Shown here one piece after another: positions 49,654 through 63,231 of a stretch of DNA of 64,000 nucleotides (within the stretch, counting starts at the first letter, position 1; each line of letters starts with the position of its first letter). The notes below the pieces were generated by a model. That model worked only from the letters and a program-made list of their open reading frames with translations, was not told where the DNA came from and made no database searches. The position numbers and the translations under genes are program-made. Source of the stretch: Thelocarpon superellum (taxonomy: Eukaryota); the NCBI GenBank assembly GCA_026025795.1, contig JAPEUG010000040.1:1-64000 (forward strand), in the 5' to 3' direction.

Positions 49654-51574
49654 ATGATCTCGGCCACTCGATCATGGTTCCGGCGGAACCGGACCAACTT
49701 GGCCGTCGGGGTCGGCGTCGTCGGTGCCGGCTACGTCGTGGCGCAATATGTCCTGTCCAAGATCACCGAGGCGCGCGAGAGCATGAGCAGTGATCGCATC
49801 GCCAAAGAGAAGTGAGTGGTGACGACGCTGTCGAACCGACCCTGGCCCCCGAGCTAACCGCCCCAGTCTTCGCCGACGCTTCGAACAGAATCAGGAGGAC
49901 TGCACCTACACCGTGCTTGCCCTTCTGCCGACCGCGACGGAAAATGTGCTCGAGGCCCTGGCTGTGGAGAAGATCACGCATGACCTCCAACAGAAGAAAG
50001 CGGAGCGACTGGCTCGCTCTGGGTCCGCCGAGGCTGGCTCGTCGGAGTTTAGCTCGGGCCCACCGAGTATGGCCGACGACGATGGCCGGAGCCTGCGCAG
50101 CTTTCAGAGCGAAGGCTACGTCCATGCCAGCCAGATGGCAGAGGGCCGGGATGGCGCAGGAGCAGGCTCGACGGCCAAGACAAAGGCCCAATTATGGAGC
50201 GAGTTGAAGATCGCCTCCATCACCCGCAGCATCACCCTCATCTACGCCCTGGCGCTCCTCACCCTCCTGACCCGCATCCAACTCAACCTCCTCGGCCGCC
50301 GCAACTACCTGTCGAGCGTCGTCTCCCTCGCCGTCCACGCGGCACGGCCGATGCACAGCTCGACCATCAGCCTGGAGAACCACGACGACGATAACGTCGA
50401 CCAGACGTACGGCAATGACTTTGAGACCAATCGCCAGTACCTGACCTTTAGCTGGTGGCTGCTGCACCGTGGCTGGCGGGACATCATGTACAAGGTGCAA
50501 GCGGCGGTGAAGGAGGTCTTTGGTCCCCTCAACCCGCGCGAGGACATCACGCTCGAGAAACTCTCCGAGCTGACGCTGGAGGTTCGGAAGAAGGTGGAGG
50601 GGAGCAGCGACGAGGAGAGAAAGTGAGTCGGCCCAGATGATCATTGAAGCTGGCAGACTGAGACGTGGTGTGGCAGATCTCGACGATGGCTCATCCACCT
50701 CTTGCCTCCACGATCAGAAGAAGAGTACGTCCTACGGGAATCCGGCATTAACACGCCATCCTCCCCCCCCCCAACGACGTCGCCCGCGTCCGACCCCGTT
50801 CCCTCCAACCCTCCGCTCGACGCCGAGGCCCCCACCTTCCTCCGTCGCCTTCTCGACGAAACATCGGACCTCATCGACTCGCCGACCTTCACCTCGGTCC
50901 TCACCCGTCTCCTGGATGCTGGCTTCTCGACCCTGATCGACGTCAAGTGCGCCACCCAAGCCTTTAAAGGTGCCACCACCAACGCCAGCTCACCCTCTCC
51001 GTCCTCGAACCAATCTACATCACAACTCACACCTTTTACGCCCGCCACATCTCCCCCCACCACCACTATCTCCACCCACAACCCCGCGCAACACAAAACC
51101 AAACTCGCCAATGTCATGGCGACCATGACGCGCGAAGCACACGCCGTCGGCGCCAGCGTCCCCAACGAATACCTGCAGGCGATGGAGGCAGAGCGCGACC
51201 TCGAGGCTTTTGCGGCCGTGGTATACAGTTCCAATTTTGAATACGAGGCGCCTGTCGAGGCTGGCGGGATTGTGGCTGGCGCTAAGGCACCGGCGGCGGT
51301 GGGGTTGAATAGGGGGAGTGACGGGGCAGACGGGAAAGGGACGAGGAAGGCGGTCGATGGGGATGGGGGGGTTCCGTCGTCACCGTCATGTGCGGCAGCT
51401 ACAGCAACAGGGGCCGGAAAGGGAACGAAGATAACGACCAACGTGCACGACGCCGCAGCCACAGCCACTACCACCACTACCACCACGAGCACCACGCCGG
51501 CCTCGTCGTCCGCCATCTCCGCCGACGCTGCCTTTGAAAGCGCATGGGGCAAGGCACTTGTGGAGCCCGAGTGA
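49654..51574 (+). CDS. PEX3: Peroxin Pex3
   Basis: MISATRSWFRRNR, AKEN/LRRRFEQNQEDCTYTVLALLPT, LLTRIQLNLLGRRNY, YLTFSWWLLHRGW, LLDETSDLIDSP, FAAVVYSSNF. Confidence 0.95.
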
Positions 51575-51766
51575 GCGTCCTGAGCTTGTCTCCGTCTGTC
51601 CGTCCAATTTCTCGTATCTATCTGTCCGTGAATCTGGGCCGGTACCTGTACCTGTACCTGTAGAACAACAGAGAGTCGCCATACTTTGACACAAGGATAC
51701 AACTAGAGACGAGATGGCGGAGAGCTCAAGATCAGACACGTGCATACAGGTATGCAGGCATGATCA

Positions 51767-51852
51767 GAGAGAGGGAGGGAGGGAGGAAGAGAGGAAGGGG
51801 GGGAGGAAGAGAGTAAGGGGGGAGGAAGAGAGGAAGGGAGGGAGGCAGAGAG
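51767..51852. repeat. Purine-rich GA low-complexity tract
   Basis: GAGAGAGGGAGGGAGGGAGGAAGAGAGGAAGGGGGGAGGAAGAGAG... between the convergent PEX3 and TIF6 ends. Confidence 0.85.
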
Positions 51853-51894
51853 GACCCAGTGACTAGACATCTAGTGGATGCAGTCGCGGCAGAG

Positions 51895-53121
51895 CTAATA
51901 GAACGACTCGACCATCGTGTCCTTCAGCGTGCTTCCAATAGCGCCGGGCGCGTTGCCCTCGCCGAGACGAAAGACGCTCTCGACCACGCTCAGTTCCGTG
52001 GCGGTCGTGTCGAGTCCCGTGACAGCCAGCCAGTCATTCACGACCATGCCGGCGCCGACGACAGACGAGCCGCGGTTGATGCTCCCCGCCACGAGCGGGA
52101 CCTGGAGGAGACTAGACAGCTCGTCTTGGTCTTGGATCGACGTCTTGGGGTGTACGAGCCCCCCTTGGTTGCTAAGCGTCATGTAAGACCCCGTCAGGAC
52201 GTTGTCGGCGATCGTTTGTCGGAATACTTCTACCCCTAGGACGTCCGCCACGCTGTGGGGAGAACAAGTCAGTGTGTGGGAGATGGAGGCGGAGGCGGAG
52301 GCGGAAGAGGGAAAGAGGGGCCTCACATCTCCTCCGTCTCACGCTCGAGGTCGGGGTGGACCTGGTGGGGTGGAGACATGTCAGGGTGGAGGACAAAGAT
52401 GAGGGCCGCGACTGTGTGGTGGAACGAGCGTACCAATGCCACATGGTCATTGCAGCAGATGACATTCCCTAGCGCCGACAACCGCTCTTCTATCCGCTGG
52501 ATCTTGACCTCGTCCGGAATGGAGTTTCGTAGATGTTGCAGTTCTTGGTCCGTCGTCGACGTCGGTACTAATAAGCCTTTTCGATTGCTGGCTCGGCGCA
52601 GAGCATGAGGGGGACCTGTTAGGTCACCGTGCTCTCATTGCACTCACTCCATCATCCCTCCCGCGAGAAGATCAGAGTAGGAGCAAAGCTGGGGCAGAAG
52701 CGGAGCGCACATACCCAGCTGTTAATCGACCAATGATCCGCGTCCCGGCAATCGTGGCATGACAGATGGGAATGATGTCTTGGAGTTCAGCCTCAAAAAC
52801 ACTACGTTGGACGACGTGGTGAACGGATTAGCCACGGAATGTCTGGGAGAATGTTTGCAGCTGCAGATGGACTCGTGCGAGGCACTAGGGAGGCCGTGCG
52901 TGGGTAGAAGTGAGAGCGAGAAGGGAGAAAGGCACCTGTAGAAGTTCTCCGATGCCCCCATGGCAACCAGCGCGTACGAATTCGTCAACGTGGCAAAGAC
53001 CCCAACCCTATCCGCCGTTGTCACGGCGTGTCAGCTCCGCCATCGTCGCGAGGCGTGGTACGGAGGGGTCGACGTCACCCACGCACTCGTTGGAGTTTTC
53101 AAACTGCGCGCGAACCGCCAT
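51895..53121 (-). CDS. TIF6: Eukaryotic translation initiation factor 6
   Basis: [72 protein letters not shown]; 5 introns. Confidence 0.97.
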
Positions 53122-53734
53122 GTGTGCGGTTGCCTTGGACTGAGGGACTGAATGTGAGAAGGGATTGATCCAAGGAAGATGCGCGATGGGAGCTCCGCTC
53201 AGACACTTTCCGGCGATGTCTTGTCTGACAAGGACCAGGTCTGTGGGAAGATGCACGAGCGCTGTACCTCGTACTTGTAGTGGGGTGGGCTGGCCGGATT
53301 CTAGAAGGGCTCCAGTGATTGTGGGGCTCTCCGTTCGTCACTACCGAAATTCAAAGTGGCAGGCCACCCAAGCTCCAAAAGCTTTCGAGTCATCAATGAC
53401 ATCAAAGTTTAGTCGCTAGCACCTACAGCCCCTCGCAAGACTCATGCCAGGAGCGTTTGTCATCAGACCTATGCTGTGCAACGGATCTTCATGCATGGTA
53501 TGAATCACTGCAACGTACGTCGGGCAGCCATTAGCCATCGGCAGACACCCAAAGCTGCCCTTTGCCCGGCCGTCTCTAGCTCGGTGATCTAGAGATCCTC
53601 TCAGTGGCGATGCAAACGAATATGATATGATACACTGATCCTAGCTCTCCCCCAAATAAGATGACAAGCCCTTTTTCTTTGCATGCACCTGGTATCATCA
53701 AGCCTCACATTCGCCATGCCCATTGTATTACACC

Positions 53735-55520
53735 TCAGTCCTGCTTTCGGCCCAGGGCAAGGTCCTCCAGGGGAAGACTCCGGCCATCTCGGGTCTGGGT
53801 GTCAGGAATCCAGAAATAGGTCAAGATGGCGCCGACGATCATAAAGGCGGAGAAGACCAACAGCACGTAGCCTAGCCAATCCTGTTGATCCAGGTAGTTG
53901 GCCGTGCCAAACTTGACGTAGCCTAAGAAGACCTGGGCAACAACGCTGCCCAGCTTGCCAAAGGCCGCCGAGATGCCCACGCAGGTGCATCGGTACCGCG
54001 TCGGGAAGACCTCGGCCGCGATGATGTACGTCGTGCTGTTCGGCCCGCAATTGAACAGAATCTGGCAGATGACGTACAGCGGGATGATGGCCCCGGCCAG
54101 GTTGTTGGAGAGGAGATGCTGGAAGGTCGATCCAATGACAATGAACATGACGGCCAAGGCCACAAAGCCCCAGAACTGGATCCACTTGCGCGGCAGCCGC
54201 TCCACTATCAGGAACAGGATGAGCGAGCCGATGAGCGCGCCGGTCGAGGCGACAACCAACGAGTGCGTCGCGTTGTTCATCAGCTGCTCGTACACCGAGT
54301 CGCCCGGCTGCGGCGTGTCGAGCCAGAGCAAGGCGATGATGCGCGGACTGTTCAGGCCCAGTCCAAAGAAGGGAAGATCGAGGAGCATCCACGTCACCGA
54401 CGTGGCGATGAGCGTCTTGATGTTGCCCTGCACGAGAAAGTATTCCTTCGCGTCCGCCCACGATTGCTCCGGGAGCACCATGGCCGACTCCTCGCTCGGC
54501 AGATCATGCGCCGTGAGCTGCAGCGAATCTTGCGGCGCATCTTCCCGCGACATGAAGAAGCCTTGCGCGTCGGTCACGGCCTGTTGCCCGTTCTGCACCA
54601 CATCTAACGTATAGCGCGGCGACTCGGGGATGGTCAGACGAAAGAAGACGGCGACGACGGCAGGGACGACACCGAAGCCGATGACCCAGCGCCAGACGCT
54701 GTCGACCGTCGCCATGCACCCGGCGTCGGTGCCGCAAGACGCGAGCGTCGCCGCGCTCGGGACATGCGGGCCGTACGCGGCGGTGGCGACGATGGACACC
54801 ACCGTCGCGAACGTCTGTCCCAGCGGCTGGCAGAAGAAGACGATGGCCAACATCAGACCCCGGCTCTCCTCCGGCGCCATCTCCGCCGTGATGACGCCGC
54901 TGAGCGGATAGTCGGCCCCGATGCCAATGCCGACGATGAGGCGCCAGAAGAGCAGCCAACCCAGGAGAGACATGTTGCCGGCCGCGCCCGAGCCGCACAT
55001 GGCCAGGGCCAGCGTGGCGCCGATGGTGATGACCAGTTCCAGGCCATACATCTTGCGACGACCGTACATGTCGGCGAAGATGCCGAAGAGCAGCTGCCCG
55101 ATGATGGAGCCGCCCAGGGTGGCGATGTTGAGCCCGATCTCGTAACTGTGCGGCATCGTGCCGCCATAGTAGACATCCCCCAGCATCGGAATGATCATGT
55201 TCAAGGCAAAGATCTACCCCTCGGTCAGTGAGAGCGGTGACGCGTCGTACCGGCTCGACTCACATCGTAGGCGTCCGTCATGAAGCCCACCCCCGCCACG
55301 ATCACCACCCAGACCCGTTCGGCCAGGCGAGCCTGGTTGATGGAGTTGACGACATATCGTCTTCGCACTTTGACTTCCTACCGACCGGCTTTAGCGACGG
55401 CAGGATGGGGGCAGCGACGGCACCAAGGATGCGGAGACGAACCTCATGTTCTTGAAAGGGCGTGACATGGTCCTGCCAGGGCGATAGGTGGAAGAAGCGC
55501 CGCTTCTCCCCGGGCGCCAT
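53735..55520 (-). CDS. PHO84: MFS phosphate:H+ symporter (Pho84-like)
   Basis: AGVGFMTDAYD/IF, GRRKMYGLEL, GIGIGADYPLS, RLTIPESPRYT, FNCGPNSTTYI, EVFPTRYRCTCVGISAAFGKLG. Confidence 0.9.
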
Positions 55521-55901
55521 TGCGTCGGCCGGCCTGCGTCAATAAGCGGCGCCAGGCGAAGCAATCTTGGTCGATGCAGAACAGGGGCTACAGCGGGAGC
55601 ATCATCCGCATCGTGGCCATCTCGAGAGAAAAAGAGATGAAGAGCAGGCGTGTTCCATAATCATACGATAACTACGTGTCGGCATAGAAAGGGACAAATG
55701 CCCGCTGGCGTAGGGAAGACTGGTGGCACGAGGGTCTTGCGGAGCCGCAGCGGCAGGCAGCTCCCCAGGGCGGTGCAGGCGGATGTCTGGCGACTGACGA
55801 GCGATCAATTCCCATCACGTACTCATACGTGATACTGACCATGCTAGCCCACCGAGGCTGCTCCACACGCGTACATCAGAGAATCAACGGGATTGGCACT
55901 G

Positions 55902-55911
55902 CCCACGTGGG
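55902..55911. promoter_or_regulatory. Candidate Pho4/NUC-1 E-box (CCCACGTGGG)
   Basis: Palindromic CACGTG with GG flank about 380 bp upstream of the Pho84-like ATG. Confidence 0.55.
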
Positions 55912-56688
55912 TGCGTGAGTGGATACAATCTGCACTTGGCGCACTCTTCCAGCGCAAGGCTGACCCGGAGCTATTGGGCTTGGGGTGCTGCAGCCACGGG
56001 GACGGGTCCTCGCTTGGCACGGGTGTCTTGCCCTTGTGCCGTGGATGGCCTCCCTAAGCGCGAGTCGGGGCCCACGAGAGGCCAGGGAGCCCCGCGTAAC
56101 CCTGGTCCGCCCCTCGGCTTGCCGCAAGTGTTCCAAGTTCCTTCGTGCCCAGGAATGACTTAACACACCATATTGTATGTCAGTACGAGTACGAGTAATC
56201 TGCGGAGCACTCCGTACGAGCAATCACGCTGCCCTTCACGCGAAGCAACTCCGGCCCGGCGCCGTGCGGTCGATGACTCGGTCGGGCGATGTCACTTGGC
56301 TGCAGGCTGCAGTTCGAGCCACTGGTCCCGATATAGAGCTACGTCCCCTGCTCCGTGCTTCCTCGCCGGCCGACAATGCCGAGCGTCCAGAATGCTGCGC
56401 CCCCGCCAGGCCCCCGCCTCGGGCCGCATATCCCCAGGTAAGCACGCGATCCATGGCACCGGGCACAGGCATCGTTGAGGCTCATGACCTCAAGACCCGG
56501 ACCGCCACCATTGCTGGATCGTGAATAGCAGCCGGGACCAACGAGCGAGGACGAAGAATCAAGGATACGAGGGCGAGAGGGCTAGAGGAGCAAGTTCGGG
56601 CCGGCCACGTACTCGTACGACGGATGCGGCCCATCGCAAGGTGTAATCCAGCGAGGCACCCCGGTCGGCCTCATCGGGCGAGGCAAGG

Positions 56689-58903
56689 ATGAGTTTTGGA
56701 TTCTCTGTCGGCGACTTCATCGTCGGGCTCCAGATTGCCAACGAGATCTACCGCACCTACGGCAACACCGATCACAATGCCTCTACCGAGTTCAAGCGGT
56801 TCGTCGAGGAGTTTGGTCGGTTTCGTGAATTACTGGAATCGCATTCCGGCCCGCTCGATGGACGGGCGGATCTGGGTCCGGGGTATGCGGACACCGTCGC
56901 GGCATGTCGCGCCTTTGTCGACAAACACACCGCGCTCACGGGAAAAGATCGAAGCGCCTTGGGACGTCTGAAGCTCGCCTTTCACACCCTCCAGTGGCCG
57001 GCCGAGCGTGAGCAGGTGGAGCGGCTCCGAGCGCAGTATATGAGCTACGTGCAGTTCGACCATTTTCGCACCTCCCAGGCGACGTTGAAGACGTCGCAAG
57101 ACACGCTGAAGGCGGTCTTGTACGTACTCCTCCTCCGATGGAAGATCCCTGCCCCTTTGCTGATGGCCATGCAGGAAACTCACGGAGAATCTCGACCACT
57201 ATCTGACAGTCAACGTCCACACACGGCCGGTCCAGCTTGACGTCACCACGTTGGAGCTCCACAAGGAGAGGATCGAGTGGCCCACGGCGCTTTCAAATCT
57301 CCTCCGACATCTGGACAGTGGCACCGACATCACGCGCGACTTGGCCGACCTGGAGAAAGCGCTGGACCTCGGGGAGATCTCGCGCACCAACATCGGCGTG
57401 GACAACAAAACCAGCTTGATCCGGAAGCTGAGCGAGCGTATCGATAATCTCGCCAAGCGTGAGCGGGGGAAAGCGGCGGAGTTGTCGGGCAGCGACTCCG
57501 GGCGAGAGGCGCCTGCGGTCAACCATGACCCCGCCCTCCGCGGCCTGAGCGATCTACAAGAATTCATCAGCAACAGCCTGCTCCGGCACAACCCCCCGCC
57601 ACGGACACAGTCCGATGTGGACCCGTCCTCCGTACATCATGATGTGAACGTCAAGTGCCAAGGGATCCTGCCCAAGGCCTGCAAGGTGGAGATCTATCGA
57701 AATCGCAACAACGACGTGCACCACATCAAATCCATCGGCCACGACGGTCAGCTCGTCGTCGAACATGTTCTAGCCAGCGACTCGACGACACCCTGGACAC
57801 ACCACAGCTGCAGCTTTACCGACGACCCTCAGCTGGCGCGCACCGTCTATTTTCGCGGCCAACACAAGATCACCACTCAGCAAGGATCGCAGCCGCGGCG
57901 GCCGATGATGAAGTCGCCCAGCTACATCTTTACACACACAGAACCGATGGAGCAGTTCCAGAGCGACCTGATTCTCAAAACCTACGTCAAGGGCTTCGAC
58001 ACGCAACGCATCACGTCGCGCCGGGGATGTGAAAGCGACAGCGAAGTGATCCGCATCTTCCAGGACCCTACGACCTCCCTGCGCTCGCTGCTCTACTACT
58101 CCAACGCGCGATCCAACGCGCTCGAGAAAGGCGCACATGACTTCGGCCTCTCGCTTTTCGTATCCCGCACCAAATCCATCAACGACAAAACGATCAAAAT
58201 AACCTTTGCCAGCGCCGCGCACAAATCCTCCATCTTCGGACGCCGCACCTCCGTCTCCACGGCCGGGAGCGGCAACGCCTCCGCGCCACTAGAGAGCAAG
58301 CTCCAGTATCTCGAGATCGCATTCAGTACCATTTCGGACCGCGAGGGCTTTTTGACCGAATACCGCCTCGCCTTCCCGTCAACCTCTACCCCTCCGAGCC
58401 GCCCGCCCTCCGTCAGCTACGCCACCTCACCTGTGCTCGACCCACATCAGCTCTCGTCCTCCTCTTTCCGCAACTTTTCCTTCCACAGCCGCAGCTCTAG
58501 CACATCCAACGCCACCGCCGCCGCCGCCGAGTTGGGCGCACTGCAGCGAAATCCGTCGTCGGTGGGCGGAGCCAGTAGCGCGTCGTCGTCGACGGCGCAC
58601 ACGACGCCCGAACTCAGCGGCATCACTTTGTCAGGCCGGACGTGGAACCACGGCGTCGCCGAACTCATTGCGGGGGCTGGCGGCTCCACGACGCGACAGC
58701 CGCCACGTCAGGCCCTGCATGAACTTCCGCTCTCCTCGTCCCCGCGTTCCACACACCCGGACACTATCGCCTCCCCGGCCTCGCTGCAGGCGTCGTATCT
58801 GCCCCCGTCCCTCCCGCCCCTGGAGCTACCCGGCTCTTTGGTGGAGGCCGAGGCGGAAGATGAAGCCGAGGCTGAGCCGGAACCTAGCGAGTTGGGCGCT
58901 TGA
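56689..58903 (+). CDS. Hypothetical protein with fungal STAND-associated N-terminal helical domain (HeLo-like/SesA type), no NACHT seen
   Basis: MSFGFSVGDFIVGLQIANEIY start. Intron 57120-57174 joins the 183-aa and 550-aa ORFs in frame. Beta-rich middle and Ser/Pro-rich tail. Confidence 0.75.
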
Positions 58904-58914
58904 TATATACTTAC

Positions 58915-58941
58915 ATCTCTCTCTCTCTCTCTCTCTCTCTC
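58915..58941. repeat. (CT)n microsatellite
   Basis: About 13 CT units just after the stop codon at 58903. Confidence 0.9.
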
Positions 58942-60103
58942 CAGTTAACTCTCATACTTGTGTTTACGGACGGAGTATGATGTCGAACTAACGCATTCTG
59001 GTTGGCGTCGTTTGCCTCTTTGAACAGGACTGCCCGGTGTATGATAGTTATAGATCTTTCACGATGTAGATAGGGGGGGCCAGAGAGAAAGAAACCATGA
59101 ACGGATGATTTACGTGGTCATTCACGAGCACCATATACTACAATGTCATGCCCTTCTCGAGAGAGTATCCTTTCATTGGTCTGTAAAGCATTTCTGGTAC
59201 TATCGAGGCGCTGTAGGTCCAGCACGAGCCAATACTGGCTATCAAAGCTCCACCCTTCCCTTTAGGAAGCCACGCTATGAATCCGCCCGATCATTCCATA
59301 ACGCCACGCTGAAATGCTATAATCCATCCTGAATGATGCATGCTGACTCCCGCAAGAATCCATTAGAGTCCAACACCGGCAAAACCCAACACCGGCAAAA
59401 CCTAACGCTGATGCCCCACTCGCGGTCCCGGGCGGGGGAAAGGCGGCGGAGGAAAGAAATGGAAGTAAGCGCGAGTCAAAGAGTCAAAGAGCCAAAGAGT
59501 GCCCGAGGCTGGGAGAACAGGAACAGAGATCGCTCCGTCCTCGACCATTCCGTTACCGTCCCATTTTCAAAGAGGTGTGACCAGAAGTACTGGCGAATCG
59601 AGGTTGGCGAGAGGCGGCCAACGGCCGATCGACGGGTCGCACAGGACATGGCAGAACGTGATCGCGGGAGATCCATCCTCGACCATCAACGGCGGTGCCC
59701 CGGAAGTGTCGAAGGAGTGAAGAGGAGGTTGAAGTTGCTTGGAGAGGGTCGAAGCGAGATAGACTACTCCAAGACGGTTGGCGGGCCGCTCGGAGAACGT
59801 CGATGGGATGAGCAGACGCTCAGTCTTGACTACAGGGCGGTCTTTCAGATCTTCATTGAAAATCAAGGATGAGATTGTCAACGGTCGCTGACGAATGGAT
59901 TGGTCGTGCAGATTCTGGCGATTGCTCCATGAAACTCCACGGGACCAATTTATGTTCTGTCGTTACCAGCCAGTGGCTGCACTTTAGACCGTGACGGACA
60001 GGAGAGGGGAGTATCAGTGGTCCATGAAGGGAGCCAACGTGTGGCGAAACGACAGTCGCGCGGAGCGATCATGATCGGCTGGCGCTCGAGATATGTCAGC
60101 CAC

Positions 60104-63100
60104 TCATTGGCGACTCTCGAGATTTGGTCGAGGCGGATATGGAAAGCTGGCCGGGTCACTCAAGGAGGGTAGGACGGGCACGGGATTGGCGGGCGTCTGG
60201 GTCGACATGAACCCTCCGGGCGCCTGTGGAGGGAAGACGGGCGGCGGCGGCGGCGGCGGCATCGATGGCGGCATCGATGGCGGCATCTCTTGTGACGCGT
60301 GAACCATCATCGGCGGATAAGACCCCAGGGTATGGTAGGCCGGACCGGGGGGAGAGTAGAGCGAGACTTGCGGGGCGGATCTCGTGGCGCCGAGGTGCGG
60401 GCTGCCGTAGCCGACATTGGGCCCCCCATGCACACCGTTGCGCGCATGGCCGTAGCCTGGCCCAGCGACAGTTCGGGACGCATGCGCCAAAGCGTACGCA
60501 TGGAAGGGCGGCGGCGGGGCCATCGGCGAGCCCTGTGTCGAGGACGAGCGGTACGGCGACGGGGAGAAGGTCGGGTATGGCGGCGGCGGCGGCAGCGTCG
60601 GCGAGTAATGGGCGGCGCTCGGAGTGGGCTGCTCATACCCGTCGTACTGGACCGGCGTGAAGGTCTTCGCGTGGTCCACCCCCTGCGCCCAGGGGATGGG
60701 CGAAGACGCCTCCTGGACGCGAGCGCCTGGTAGGGGCGCCGTGCTCGTGCCAGGGTGAGAAGTGAGCGAGGAGGGAGGGAGGTCGGACGGCCCATCTACG
60801 TTGAGGATGCTGGCCAGAGGATTGGTCCCAGTCACTGGCGCCGGGGGGCTGCCATTGCCACGGCCTTTGGGCGCCAAGGCGCGCGATTTCGTCGTGGTCC
60901 TCCTTGCGGAGGGCGACTCCCTCCGTGTTTGACGCCCGGCCGGGCGCAGGCTCGACGCCGTCGTCGACGCGGCTGACTTCGAGGGGGGCGTGGCGGCAGC
61001 AGGCGAGGAGGTAGGGGCAAGGAACAGCCCCACGGCGGGCTCGCCACGAGCCGTGGGGGTGCGGGGCGCGTCGTTGCCCGACGCGCTATCCCGCGACGCG
61101 CCCGGAGATCCTGACGACGCCGTGCCCTTGGACTTCTTGGAAGTCTTGGGCCGGATCTCCGGTTGCGTCGCGGGTTGGCGCGACGGGCCAGCGGACGGGT
61201 AGGTGAACATGGCCGCATCGTAGTTTACGATGAGGTTCCCACGATGCGGGGACATGTCGTGATCCGCGGCCGGACGGGTCGCCGCCGCGACGAACGCCTG
61301 GCTTGGCGTCGCCACCGTGACCCGTGGGACCGGCTCGCGAACGTCGATTGCATCCAGCAGAGGCTGAAGCCCCACCTTCTGCCCGTTGAAAAGAACAGTC
61401 GGCGAGGCCTCCGGCCCCTGCTCCTCCACCTCTTCGGCGGCAAAGAAGAGGGACTCCAGGTTGTACGCCGCAACGGCGGCCATCCGGGCCCGTCGGTCCG
61501 CTGTGGCCACGTTGCCGGGGCTCTCGTTGACCACCTCGGGCGCGCAGCTCTGCAGCACCTGGTTGCATCGCAGACGCGCCTCGAGGGCGGCCCACTGGCG
61601 CTCCGTCTCCATGAGATCGAAGGCCCTCGATGCCCCGGACTTCGGGCCGCGGCGCTTCTCTGGCGGCGCATCATCCTGGTCCTGTAACAGCATGAGCACG
61701 GCGATCCAGACTAACGACAGATGTGCGGGAGGGAGAGACCTACCTCGTCTTCGGTCGCTTCACCATCGCGGTGAAGCTTCAGGTCCCGGAGGACCTGCAG
61801 GAACTCCTGCTTACAGTACAATACCAGATCCTCCTGGGACTCCTCGACCTTCCGCTACGCGACAATTAGCAATCAAGGCACATGCAGCGATGAGGGTGGG
61901 CGAGCTGTACGTCGCAGTTCCTCCGCGCCACGGCGCACTCCGCCGCCAGCTTCACCACGGCGTTGTCCCGTTTGAGCCGATACTCCCGGTCCAGATCGTC
62001 CAATCGTTCGGCTAACCGCGCGTCGAGCTCAGCTTGCACTGCCTCGAATAGAGCAGCCTTCTTGTGCGCCTGCTCGTCCTCCTCGAGCAGGGCAGACGTG
62101 CGGTCACTCAGGACGGCGAGGGCGGGCTTCATCGCCTTGGCCACGGTTCGATAGTTGCGCTTGAGGTCCCCCTGCCGCACCAGGAGGGCCTCGACCACTG
62201 GATCCGCGTGTGGCGCTCGACGGCGACCGGGCAGTCGTGGTCCAGATGGTGTAGGGGCCGCCACGGGAGCTTTGGACGTCTTGGACGTCTTGGCGCCCCG
62301 TGGTCGTCCCGGGGGCCGTTTGACGGCGGGCGGGGCTATCACCAACTCGGTCGGGTCGACCGCCGCCACAGTAGATCCTGCCTCCTCGATGACGGCCGCA
62401 TCCAAGGCCGCCTTGGGCCGGCGGCCTCGGCGCTTCTTGGGGGCCGGCTGCGGGGCGTCGACGGCCTTCTCGGCTTGGAGGCTGGTCTCCGCCGCCGCCA
62501 CAGCAGGAGGAGCCTCCGGGAGAATACTCACGCCGGTGTCCATGGCCACCCGCTTCCGCTTGGTCGAAGAAGTGTTCGATGCGGCCTGGCTCGGGGCCTG
62601 AGTCTGGGCTCGGACAATCCGCGCCGCCGCATCCGAAGGAAGAGGTGGGGTCGCTGAGTCGGCAGTGACTGGGGGAGTAGTGACACTATTAGAGCGAAGT
62701 CGACGGCGCGGGGGCAGTGACTGTGACGGTAGCTCGTCAGAGGCAGGAAGTTTAGGTGATACGGCAGCGTCCGGGTGAGGAGCGGCACTGTTGGAACGGA
62801 ATCGACGACGTTTGGGTTGGTGCTGTGACTCTTCGGTGGAAGCTCCCACGTCGACCACTGAGGGGGCGGCCGAATTGGGCTGGCTACCATTGCTGCCGCT
62901 GACTGAGGCTGAAGCCGATGTCGAACCCGAGACGGACGCCGAAGCGGAGGCTGAGACTGAAGCAGAGATCGAGCCCTGAGAGGCGGCCTTTTGCGAGCCG
63001 CGGGTGGTCATGTGCATGGGCACGCTCGGCTGAAGTCGTGAGCTCCGTGAGCTACGGGAGGGCGTGGAGCCTGTTCGGCGACGGCCTCGGTTGAGTTCGA

Positions 63101-63231
63101 CATTCGTCGACTCTGGCATCCCCCGTGAGCACGAAGGTAAAATCCACGGTGAGGCTTGGCATCAAGTACATACCTTGCCACGTACCGATCTGAGACGACT
63201 GACTCTCGTCGATGGGACGTTTCTTCGCCAT
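60104..63231 (-). CDS. Conserved fungal low-complexity nuclear protein with AT-hook-like motifs
   Basis: MAKKRPIDESQ (intron 63115-63185), KKRRGRRPK, KRPPGRPR, RLPGRRRAPHADPVVEALLVRQGDLKRNYR coiled coil, two further introns and a Pro-rich tail. Confidence 0.8.

Noticed and set aside
59333..59881. 179-aa + ORF and 104-aa - ORF
   Set aside because: No motifs and low protein-like character; likely 3' intergenic sequence between convergent genes.
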